NCBI GenBank assembly: GCA_951406725.2 | Contig: OX597826.1 | Span: forward strand, 20,584,001-20,648,000 | Reading direction: 5' to 3' | DNA: 64,000 nucleotides | DNA from: Octopus vulgaris | Lineage: Eukaryota | Shown: positions 25,593 to 37,841 of the stretch, piece after piece | Layout: each line of letters starts with the position of its first letter | Position numbering within the stretch: position 1 is the first letter of the stretch | Notes under the pieces: generated by a model | What the model saw: the letters and a program-made list of their open reading frames with translations, nothing else | The model's database searches: none | What the model was told of the DNA's origin: nothing | Translations under genes and position numbers: made by a program

Positions 25593-26616
25593 AGTGTGTA
25601 TGTCTATATATATATATTCATATCTCTCTCTCTATTTATATTTATATATATGTATATATATATGTACATGTGTGTATATATGTATATATTTATATGTATA
25701 TATGTATGTATATATATGTGTTTATGCATATGTATGTACATTCATACAAATATATATAAATATGCGTATGTACATATATATATGCATATATATATATATA
25801 TATATATGTAGTATATATATATATATATGTGTGTGTGTGTATATCACTGTACATTTATGTGTATGTATATATTGTATATGTATATACTGTATATGTATTT
25901 ATATAGCTAGATACATACACACACGCACGCACATGCACACAAACACACCCACCCACACACACACACGTTCACTCCCATACAAATACATCCATACATGGAA
26001 ACATCCACACTCATGTCTATTGTAATCGGAAATATCTTAATATCAAACGTCTCATATGATATTATCGGTTTATATTATAAATTTATGTTTTATTAATGTA
26101 AGTAATATACTATAATGAATTATATAATCATTTTATTAGTCAAATGAAAGCCATAGATAAAAGGCCCCGCTTGCATATTTAATATCAACATGAATGACCA
26201 TGCATAATTTAGTATTTAGAAATACCATTTGCTTTCTTTATTTAAAGAGATTTCTCTCGTAATTACATAATAAATCTTCTATTGAAATATATATTTGTTT
26301 CCATGAAATATTTTTAAAAGATACTTTAAGAACCATAATACTTGCGCACCGCTATCTGCTATCTCTTATCTGTTAACAAGCATGTAATCTTGTAGCGAGG
26401 CGGTCGCATCTCTTCAGTGATAAATGCAGTTGGTATATTCCTGTAGCTTCTTTAGATCACAGTCGGGACACGAATATAAATAAACACCATATTCTCTTCT
26501 TTATATTACCAAATATTCATTCCTCATTCCTCTTTTATTCTTCCTTTGTTTTCAGATATTTATGTTAATCTTTTGTTTTTTATCAACATAAATTCACTTT
26601 TTTAAAGTTTATATTG

Positions 26617-26684
<68 letters not shown>

Positions 26685-29121
26685 TATGCGTTGTATGTCT
26701 CCTTATGACATATCTTATGGTTATTACCACTCTTACAGTCTTATTGTGTTATTGTATGTCTTATCGTCCAACCAATGTAGTTTTGGGTCATCTTCCTTTC
26801 CCATTCTCTCGATATTTCCTGAAATCAAACCATGCAATGATTCTTAAAGAGATTTTCTTTCATATTTCACGCCCCGTCTTTCCAAAAGTGACCATCGTGA
26901 ACTGTTTTCCACTTTCTTCCTAAAGCAGCAAAGAGAAAACCACTTCAAGGCTAGAAATTCTTGGGCTGTGAAATCCAATATTTCCTTCGCTTCTTTTGTC
27001 TCTTTAACATATTAGAGTTTGATACAAGGTTCCAGATATTCTCAAGAAATTCAGTGAAACAGTTCATTACAAGAATAATAAAAAAACAAAAACACAGAAA
27101 GTCTTGCAACAACACCGGAAATCGTTGTAATTTATAATTCAGAAAGTTTCTTTAAAATTAACAGAGAATGAATGTCACTTCATCCCCTCTTAGTTGTTGT
27201 TGTCATCGTTGTTGCCGAGGTTTGTTGTTGTTGTTCATTGTTGCAACTGCTGCTACTGTTTAACTCCAGTTCAAGTGTGATGGGACAGACCCATGATCGA
27301 ACGTATTGCAACCGTGACCATCCCGTTCGGCTTAGTGATATATCAGACTTTATTATCGAATGCACACTTACCGGTATTTAAAACAGTACGGTGTGGTTTA
27401 ATAGATATCGACTGCCTTTGGTGTTCTTTGAAATGTTGCTGTTGTTCTTGTCGTCATCGTCTTTGTTGTTGTTGTTACCGTGGGCCGTTTTAACCAGGGC
27501 CTTTTTAACACCCTAACTCCCCCCTCTGGACAGAGCGATGAATTTCCCCCACCACTACGTTTAAAACACAGCTTATCTAGGTTGGCATTGAGATCCTTAA
27601 ACCTGAGACCTCTGAGCAACTGCCCTGTAGGGGTTCATGCCTTAAGACAGCACACCCATCCTAAAAATAACCCCAAACGCTGTGTATCGTCGGTCGCGCC
27701 AATGGATGTAACCCACACATCCCAAGTTCTATATGTTTGGGTCCCTCCAAAAAGAATGCCCTTTGTATATCAGCATGACCAGACCACTGACCAGAGTACT
27801 GTACTACTCTGGGCATATTACAGTACATTAATATATTCATTGTCCAAACAATGAGAAATTCGATTTGTGATCGATGTTCTTTCAATACATGATCAATCAC
27901 TGCTAACATTTAACCTGTACAGGTCAGAACCAGTCTTTTCTTAACTCTATATGATTGTTGTTGTTGTTGTTTATTCTCCAGGTCAGTTCTGACCGAGTAG
28001 AGCCTTGATCAGCGACTTTCTTGGCACGACTTCTCCGTTTTTTATTTCCTTTCTTTAGAATTACATTATCTAATATGTGTTTCGATTAAGTTAGGATATG
28101 GAGCAAATTTAGCTGCTATTTTCTGTAGGCCGAGCTACTACGTAGAGGCTACTTGATCCGTTGATGTTGTTGTTTATCTAACTCCTAAGTCAGAGAATAA
28201 GAGGCAGCACCCTTCACCCGCCCCACACATGATTCAATATTTTTCAGGCTCCTTTGAAACTGGGAGGTGGAGTGAGGGCTGGAATTTATCCTTGAACCAA
28301 AGATTGTGTCGGAATTCTTGAAATAAAATGGTCAAATGAATTCCCCTCAACTTACTCAAAGACTTTTCATCCACGCCCACAACGTCTTTTCCTTTCACGC
28401 ATAATATCTCCTGAACTACAGAATTGTCCAAATTGCCATAAATTGTGACCAGGATGATGGTCATGGTTAGATGGTCAACGAATTCAGGACTGTGGCTCTG
28501 AGTTCAGTTCCATTGCTTGGCATTTTGAGCAAATGCCTTCGACTATAGCAAGCCCTGGTTCAACACAAACCGTGGGTAGACAGGGAGAGTGTGGAGGTCC
28601 CACTGTTGCTGTATCTGGGGCAGAGGTGAGTTCATATGTTGCCCAGTTCAACAGTCCTTAGGTACCTGTTCTTTTGCCAGGATTGTGGACACGTGTGTTT
28701 GGCGGGAGGTGGTGGAGGGGTAATTACTTCTCCCTTCTACCCTCAACCTTCACAGGCTCTGGAGACATTCTGGAACGAAGCCGTTCTTCCTTTAAGTGAT
28801 GTAAAATGGTGCTTCCTTTATGTAATGTCTACTGACAGCAAGCCAATTAGGAGGATTGAAAGCAACCACAAGATTCTGCCGGACATAACAGACTAAATCT
28901 TCCTCAAAATACAAGAGATTGTTTTGAAGAAGTCGAGCACACATTGGTTTGATGTAGTTCCCTATAGATCTAGCATGTAGGCGTGAAACAAGGACGTACA
29001 CACGCATACACACGTATGTGTGTATGTATGTATGTATGTATATACATATATATATATATACACGTATGTATGTGTACGTGAGTATGTATATATGTGTGTG
29101 CGTGCGTGCATGTATGTGTAT

Positions 29122-29152
<31 letters not shown>

Positions 29153-29153
29153 C

Positions 29154-29230
<77 letters not shown>

Positions 29231-29233
<3 letters not shown>

Positions 29234-30422
29234 GGCACGGCTATGGGTACAAAATTCTCATCTTCATATGCCAACCTGGTGATGGGTTTCCTTGAGAAAA
29301 AACTATATGACGAAATAGGGAAAGTCTTCGAACACGACTTCAGAGAAGACATAAAAAAAAAGTGGAAACGCTACCTCAATGACTGCTTCATCTTTTGGAA
29401 CAGATCAGAAGACCTACGAACATTCCACAACATCCTCAACACGCTGCACCCATCTATCAACTTCACAATAGATACCAACCACAACGAACTTCCCTTCCTA
29501 GACATCAACATCAAGATACACAACTTCATCATCACAAGAGACATCCACTACAAAAAAACCGACACACACCAATACTTAAATTTCAACTCCTGCCACCCAT
29601 CCCACATAAAAAGAAACATCCCATATAGTATGGCAAGACGAATATGTAGCATAGTAACTGACTCACAAACACGACTAATAAGACTAGATGAACTTAAAAA
29701 CTTCCTACTAGAACAGAAATACCCACTCAAATTAATAAAGAACAGAATCTCAAGAGCAATGAAACTAGACATCGCACAACTCAGGACACCCAAAACAAAA
29801 AACAAAGAAAACATTATCCCTTTCATAAACACATACAACCCTGGAGTTACCAACATATTTCAAATCATACATTCAAACCTGCCAATAGTCTTACAAAGCC
29901 CCAAAATGGAAAACATACTAAACAAATATTGCATAAAAAAACAGTAGACGACAAGACAAAAACCAAAAGAAACATCTAACAAAAGCGAAATTCTCATCAG
30001 AAACTAAAACTGAATTCTTTGTAAAAGAGTGCGGAGATGGTAGATGTGGGATCTGCAGTAACCCCACCTACAAATACATAGAGGGAGACAAAGAAATGAA
30101 ATTTAAAAGTGGTCACATATTTAAAGTAAATGCAGATATGAACTGCAAGACGCAGAACGTAATATACCGCATAAGCTGCCCCACGTGCAAGGAGGATTAC
30201 ATAGGTGAAACTGGAAATTCTTTATGCCAACGAGCCAGGATTCACCGACATGTCCGACAGGAGGAACTGCGCAAGATACCACTGAGTAAACACCTAGATA
30301 CATGTGAAGAAGGAAAATTTAGGATCTTTCCCTTCTACAAATATCCAAAGAATGCCACCTCCTTCAGGAGGAATATGGAAAAATATTTCATAACAAAGTT
30401 CTCCCCCAAATTGAATGGCTGA
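29231..30422 (+). mobile_element. Penelope-like element (RT C-half, Cys linker, GIY-YIG), 5'-truncated and inactive
   Basis: [52 protein letters not shown]; stop at 29945-29947; CGDGRCGIC linker near 30030; NVIYRISCPTCKEDYIGETG..PKLN. The RT catalytic YxDD reads YLND. Confidence 0.93.
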
Positions 30423-30472
30423 AAATATCTCTATACCAGATGAAAGACCTAATTTGTTAAGTAAACTGTATT

Positions 30473-30510
<38 letters not shown>

Positions 30511-30731
30511 CTACACATATGTTTTGGTTTTTGAAAATACAACATTGAACAAAGGATATTCTAATATTTGAATGAAACCATTTTACTTTAAGTTGTGGAA
30601 CCAGTTACTCCTGTATGATAAAACTTAATATTTATTTAGCTGTCAATCAGTGAGCTATTAGACTAAATCAATTGAAGATCAGACAACAGACACAGTGGTT
30701 GTCAGTTTGTATTCTGTCATCTGTAACTTCA

Positions 30732-30834
30732 ACACAAGAAAGTCTCTTTTTCAAGTATGGACCTTATGAAATTTTGCTCCTCATACATTGAAGGACAAAT
30801 CTTTCAATTTATAATTTAACAAACATAGTGTAGC

Positions 30835-30876
<42 letters not shown>

Positions 30877-30984
30877 TAAATGCTACACTATGTTTGTTAA
30901 ATTATAAATTGAAAGATTTGTCCTTCAATGTATGAGGAGCAAAATTTCATAAGGTCCATACTTGAAAAAGAGACTTTCTTGTGT
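30732..30984. repeat. Perfect 108-bp inverted repeat around a (TA)n spacer
   Basis: 30732-30839 is the reverse complement of 30877-30984. Confidence 0.92.
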
Positions 30985-31069
30985 GGTATAAATATCAGCA
31001 CAATTATTTCTTCTTCCTGTTTTTCTTCTTTCTTCCCTTGTCCAACGACACCCCTTCCAGACTCACAGG

Positions 31070-31176
<107 letters not shown>

Positions 31177-31404
31177 CCCCAAAACAATAATAAAAAGAAT
31201 TCCAAACAAGTCTTCTTTGAAATGGCCAATTTCTAAAAACCAAAAACCATTTACATTGGTTAAAAACAAAAGTGGCACTGAATACTCTTAACAACTTGAC
31301 CATTCTTCCTTAAACGCACACACACACACACTCTCTCTCTCTCACAAGACAATGATAAAAAGGAAATATAATCTATGGTCTACTTTCTCTCCCCTTTCTT
31401 CCTT

Positions 31405-31833
31405 TCCTTCTTTTCTAATACCCCCTTAAGATACAAAACCACACACACACACGCACACACACGCACACACACATGCTCTCTCTCACTTTCTCCTCATTCA
31501 TCACCTTCTTGTACTATCTTATATCCCTCCCCGCCACTACACACTATAAAATGGTCAAAACTTCAATTCTTTTCCCCAAAACTTAAATTCTTAGACCCCC
31601 CTTGGAGTAAACATCCTAACCAACTACAAAAGAAACCAGCAAAACAATTTTTTCTTCTTCCCTCTCTCCCTTTTCTCCCTTCCCCTCTTTTTCTTTAACA
31701 CCCCTTCCAAACACAAAAAAACACACACACATGCTCTCTCTCTCACTTTCTCCCCATTCATCACCCTCTTGTACTATCTTATATCCATCCCCACCACTAC
31801 ACACTCAATAACACTATCAAATGGTCAAAACTT
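31405..31833. repeat. Diverged local direct duplication, period about 260-280 bp
   Basis: CACATGCTCTCTCTCACTTTCTCC..CATTCATCACC..GTACTATCTTATATCC..CACTACACACT..AAATGGTCAAAACT at ~31468-31562 and ~31728-31832. Confidence 0.8.
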
Positions 31834-32536
31834 TTTCACAGGAACTTAGTTCGATTTGAAAACTCCACTAGAATGGGAGAAAGCGCTAATATATGATATA
31901 TGATATAAGTTATATGATGTATAAAAACATGTAATATACAAATAAATATCTGTAAATATAAAACCATCCGAATTTCTGAGTACGTCATTTCTTCTAATAT
32001 AAAATACCTGTTCATCATCTCCAAACCTTATAATATATATATATAAGTGTAGCGCTTAGACTTGGTTGCTGCAGCTCAGGCTGGAAGCTGGCCATAATGA
32101 TAACAGTTGCATCAACTAGTACGATATTTATTTAATGCCGTTACCTTTCCCCGCTCTCAAATACCTTTCTCAAAGTAAAAAGAAAATGCTATGAACAACA
32201 ACAACAGCATTAGTAATTGTCGTAATTGCTTAATTACGATTGTTTAATTAGGATCGCCACTATTGTTGTTGTTATTGATATGTCTCTGGACACCAGCACT
32301 GGTTCACTTGACCTATGGCCGCATAATTGCCACCCACGATCCGCCAAAATATTTTATCATATATATATATAGAGGAGATAATAAAGTAGTTGTGATCCCA
32401 AAACGAAGGTGCGTGTACGTGTGTATAAGAGAGCATGTATGTGCGTGTGGATATGAGAGCATGTATGTGCGTGTAGAAGAGGGCTGGTGACCTTAACGTG
32501 TGCGTGTGTGGATGTGGGACTGGGAAGTGGTCAGTG

Positions 32537-33358
32537 CTAGTGTGTGCGTGGTGGTACCCGGTAATTCCCGGGAAAGCGGGGCCTATCCCTTGGTTCCGTT
32601 CTCAATTGCTTCGCTAATCCAATAACAACAATATCAAGTACGTAGCCCTTAAAACGGTTTTTGCGCATTTATTGAGAATACCGAACTGTCTAACACAGTA
32701 TCTTGTTTTTAGGAATTCTCAATAATTTATGAATACCCAAATTATGAAGACAGTTATGTAATAACATGAAATTAGTTACCCGATAGTAAGAATTCAAATA
32801 ATGCGTTCCCAGAGTATATAGAATTTAGGAAGAAATATCAATACGGTACGTATACAAAAATTGTGAAGCATGTTACGTAATAACAGGCTAATCAAATATG
32901 AGATAATAACAATTCAAAGTAAATAACTCTGAAAAGGGCTTGTTTTGCGTTTCCAGAGAATATTACCTCAGAGGCGCTAGTGTTGGTATATTTGTGAATA
33001 AGTCACTAACCGAAATAAGTGGATCTATTGTTTAGGAAAAACTGTTTACTTGTTTAAGGGTTGTACTGGATAAATAGCGAAAATAACTCTTGCAGTTCAA
33101 ATACTAAGAAATAAGCATACTCAATTTCCTTTTTACTAAATAATTTAGGAAAATGAATGGGTTATTTCCCTTGACTATATATAAGCATCCCTTCAAGGGG
33201 CCCTTTTATCAATTTTTCAACAGCCTTAGTATGCTATGAGGTTTCCAGACATGAGTTCTATTCACGTGTGAAGTTTCATCAAAATCGTTGTAGGAAGAGT
33301 TAGCTAACAACTCCACAAACACACCCACAGACAGAATTTCCCACATATGTAGTAGGTA
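32537..33358 (-). mobile_element. Degenerate Helitron-like element
   Basis: GAAGTTTCATCAAAATCG (~33270) is the reverse of the motif in 14086-14472; ACAGACAGAATT near the 5' end; CCCGGTAATTCCCGGG hairpin (32557-32572) near CTAG; boundaries uncertain. Confidence 0.4.
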
Positions 33359-33374
33359 TATATATGTGTGTGTG

Positions 33375-34026
33375 TCAGGTCACTTTCGAGTGCTACTGGT
33401 AACATGTAACCCAGTACAACATGTTGCATGGTCGGGCCGTCGGTGAATAAACCGGCTACCCCACCAAGCTTGCTTGGTGAGGAGGGTGTTTATTGGTCAC
33501 CCTGCGGGATGAAAAACAAAACCCGTCAAAGGGCGGATGAACTCTTGAGAGTCAACGGCCATCCAATAAATGTGTATTTTTTCTCTTAGGGCTGTATCAT
33601 GCGCGGGGACATAGAAATAATTGGACTGAATACCCGATCGCGCGGTTAAACCATTGGGAGTGAAGGACTTCTAGCCTTTGTTGGGGCATCCTTCGAGGAG
33701 AAGGTAACTCAAGTAACTGTGATAACTCCGACATAAAACCTGCGGCTCAGTGGTTACCGATGATGTTGACTTGTTCTTCTTTTCGGATTATGGCTGCTGT
33801 TGCTTAGTGAGTGGGATTGACTCAGTGCACAGCTTTTCCTCACTTAAAAAAATCTTCTTGCACAGACATTGCACGATAACAACATTGTTCATGATTGTTG
33901 ATGGTGCTGTGAGTCTCAACTGAATGGCTGGCTGTAGCCTTCAAAAGCAAATAAAAGTCACATTCGATCACAGCGCCACAAGCAGTTATGCTTCGTGTAA
34001 TGGCCATACCAGATAACGAGGGGGCA

Positions 34027-34032
<6 letters not shown>
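33375..34032 (+). mobile_element. Non-autonomous structured element (family C), longer copy
   Basis: Homologous to 7717-8262 with about 100 bp extra near the 3' end; flanked by (TG)n and (TA)n. Confidence 0.75.
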
Positions 34033-34110
<78 letters not shown>

Positions 34111-34697
34111 TATATATATATACATATATACATACGTATACGTACATACTTACATGTATACGTATATACATATGCATATGTGGGCACAGGCCGTCACAAA
34201 AAGTAAACAACATAAAATACGAAGTACGAGGACATGGAATGAGGGCTTTTTTTTGCAAGTAACGAAAGAAATAAATGGAAAACAAGACAAACAACACAAA
34301 GAACGACCCTTCATCAGTTGTCGGCTGTTTTTTCTAATCCGTATTTCGAGCATTTCACGGCAAGATACGCCTTCGATAAAATAGTAGTTCCCGCAAAACA
34401 AATTAAATACAATTTGGGATTAGCGCCCCGCATCAGGTTCTTTCCTATTCGTCGTTTCGTTCCACCTCTTGGTTCCTGTTATTTTTATATTATTATATTT
34501 AAGATGCGGAATTCTCTCCCTTTGCTTTAACCTCTTCACTCTCTCTCCCTCCCACTCCTCCTCTCTCTCTCAGCCGCGTGTCCCCCTCCTCCTTCCTTCT
34601 TCCTTACTGCCAGCCTATAAAATAAAATTTCTTTTACACGTGGCTCCTACTACTGAAAAGACTGCCTCCAAGCGCTGCTACAGTATCCTTCGTCTTT

Positions 34698-34951
34698 GCC
34701 AAAAAAGGCTTTTTCGTTCGTCCTCTTGTGTGTTGATTTCCTGTATCGTATTCTCTTTTTATTTTCTCGTTTTGTAATTATTTGTATTTTTTGTACATGT
34801 ATTTTTATTTTTGCAGTTTTATTGTTTGTCTATGCCAGAAAAAAAGGCTTTTTCGTTCGACCTCTTGTGTGTTTGATTTCCTGTATCGTATTCTCTTTTT
34901 ATTTTCTCGTTTTGTAAATATTTGTATTTTTATTTTTGCAGTTTTATTGTT
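34698..34951. repeat. Tandem duplication of a ~136-bp T-rich unit
   Basis: GCC..AAAAAAGGCTTTT..CGTTCG.CCTCTTGTGTG..GATTTCCTGTATCGTATTCTC.. begins at 34698 and 34834. Confidence 0.85.
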
Positions 34952-35395
34952 ACGTCCTGTTCGTGTTCGTACTCATTTTGCCCCGCTGCTTGAAATTTTA
35001 TTTTAATTCTCTCGCAGGAAGACCTATTGGATTAGTGTTCTGTCTCTGCCTTCGAAACATGCTTGACTCCACTAGCGACAGCTGATGACGGGGTTTTTTC
35101 CTTGTGTAGCTCGTCCTGTAACTGTTTTTTTCGTTTTCTTGTTTTTCGTTTTTCGTTTTCTTGTTTTTTGTTTTTTTGTTTTTCCCGTTTCTACGTCTTA
35201 TTGTGGTGTCCTGTACTCACGTGTAATTATTTATATATGCATGTATATATACATGTAGATGTAGGTACGCACATATATGTTTGTATGTATGCATATATTT
35301 TTTATTTATCAACTATATATATATATATATATATATCGTTTGTAAAAAACATAAATCCGAAAGAAGCACACTCTAAGATGTAGAGCAGTATATAT

Positions 35396-35680
<285 letters not shown>

Positions 35681-35700
35681 GTATATATATATATATATAT

Positions 35701-35765
<65 letters not shown>

Positions 35766-35776
35766 CAGACATATAA

Positions 35777-35940
35777 GCGCAGGCGTGGCTCTGTAGTAAG
35801 AGGCTTCCTTCCCAACAACATGGTTCCGGGTTCAGTCCCACTGGGTAGCACCTTGGGCAAATGTCTTCTACTATATCCTCGGGCCGACCAAACCCTTGTG
35901 AATGGATTTAGTGGGCGGAAACTGAAAGTAGCTCATCGTG
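35777..35940 (+). mobile_element. SINE family B head only
   Basis: GCGCAGGCGTGGCT..GGTTCCGGGTTCAGTCCCACTG..CACCTTGGGCAAATGTCTTC..GGAAACTGAAAG. Confidence 0.85.
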
Positions 35941-35950
35941 TGTGTGTATC

Positions 35951-35997
<47 letters not shown>

Positions 35998-36037
35998 CAT
36001 ATGTATATATATATATATATATATATACATATATATG

Positions 36038-36090
<53 letters not shown>

Positions 36091-36392
36091 GTATATATAT
36101 ACATACACACACATACACACGCACATATATATGTATATAGATATGTGTGTATTTTAGGATGTAAATGTATGGGACGCACGCACGCATACCAATACGTATG
36201 ATGAGGATGATAAGTAGAAGAAAATTAAGGGTGGATATTCGAAACATCAACAGCCAAAACTTGTTCCCAATTTACTAAGGACCGACACAAGATCGGAAGT
36301 TGTAAAATTTCCATTAGTTCACTGCTGTTCACAGCAGGATCTTCCCGCAGATAATAACTATACCAGTACACACGCATAATAAGCACGCACAC

Positions 36393-36455
<63 letters not shown>

Positions 36456-36752
36456 CATGCACGCACGCACACACACACACACGCACACGCACACACGCAC
36501 ACACACAGAGACCATCGTCATCATACTGTAGATCACTTGGAATGAGTGTTTATACTAACAAAGAAATATCAAATGTACTTCGCGCGCACACATAGGTACA
36601 CACACACACACACGCACACACGCACACGCACGCGCGCGCGCGCGCACACACACACACACACACACATGGTCATATACATACATATTTTGAGTATACATAT
36701 TGTGATATATGTGTGTATATGTACACCCTCATATATATAACCCCATACACAT

Positions 36753-36790
<38 letters not shown>

Positions 36791-36841
36791 TTTTATGCAT
36801 GTGAATGTATATGTATAGATACATATGTAAATACGTATAAA

Positions 36842-36876
<35 letters not shown>

Positions 36877-36885
36877 GTATATATG

Positions 36886-36920
<35 letters not shown>

Positions 36921-37409
36921 ATGTGTGTGTGTAAATATGTCGGATATATGTGAGTATATCTGTGTATATGTGTAGGGGAGTACGTATTTGAGTGGGTGGG
37001 GGCGTGCGCTCGTGTGTGAACGTACGCGTGCCTGTCGCCCTTATCCGTCTGTAAGCTTTTAATGTTTGAAACAATGAACTTGTAAAGATGTACAATTATT
37101 CCTTGCTCTGTCTCACACACTCTCTCTGTCTCTGTCTCTCTCTGTCTCTCTCTCTCTCACGCTTTCTCTCTTTCTCTCTCTTTCTCCCTTCTCGCTTTCA
37201 GAGACCAGTGGGACCTAGTAGGTTACCAATGACTGCCAAAACTAATTTAGTCGAGACAATACAATTGTTCCGTTTTAATTATTGAAGTCAAAATCAGAAA
37301 ATAAACTTGCTGGAAAACATGTAGAAAAATGTCTCTCTGTGATTTTGGAATAGTCAAGAAAAAATGTTGAATAAAACAAAACATAGATTAAAAAAACGAA
37401 ATTTTCTAA

Positions 37410-37841
37410 AGCGGCGAGCTGGCAGAACCGTTAGCACGCCGGGCGAAATGCTTAGCGGTATTTCGTCTGCCGCTACGTTCTGAGTTCAAATTCTGCCGAG
37501 GTCGACTTTGCCTTTCATCCTTTCGCGGTTGATTAAATAAGTACCAGTTACGCACTGGGGTCGATAATTATATCGATCCCAGTGCGTTTGTCATACTTAA
37601 TCCTTTTGTCTGTCCTTGTTTGTCCTCTCTGTGTTTAGCCCCTTGTGGGTAGTAAAGAAATAGGCATTTCGTCTGTCGCTAAGTTCTGAGTTCAAATTCC
37701 GCCGAGGTCGACTTTGCCTTCCATCCTTTCGGGGTCGATGAAATAAGTACCAGTGAAGCACTGAGGTCGATGTAATTGACTATCCCCCTCCCCCAAATTT
37801 CCGGCCTTGTGCCTATAGTAAAAAGGATTATTATTATTATT
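37410..37841 (+). mobile_element. Two tandem SINE family A copies ending in (TTA)n
   Basis: 37410-37660 has a full head; 37663-37841 is 5'-truncated; its tail abuts the 3' end of the RLE LINE. Confidence 0.88.

Noticed and set aside
30435-30480. CAGATGA..GTAAACTGTA after the Penelope stop as a decayed hammerhead
   Set aside because: The position is suggestive, but both core halves are mutated and the stems are unconvincing.
30672-30732. Imperfect miRNA-like hairpin (TTGAAG...CTTCAA)
   Set aside because: Many bulges, no recognisable mature miRNA, and no expression evidence.
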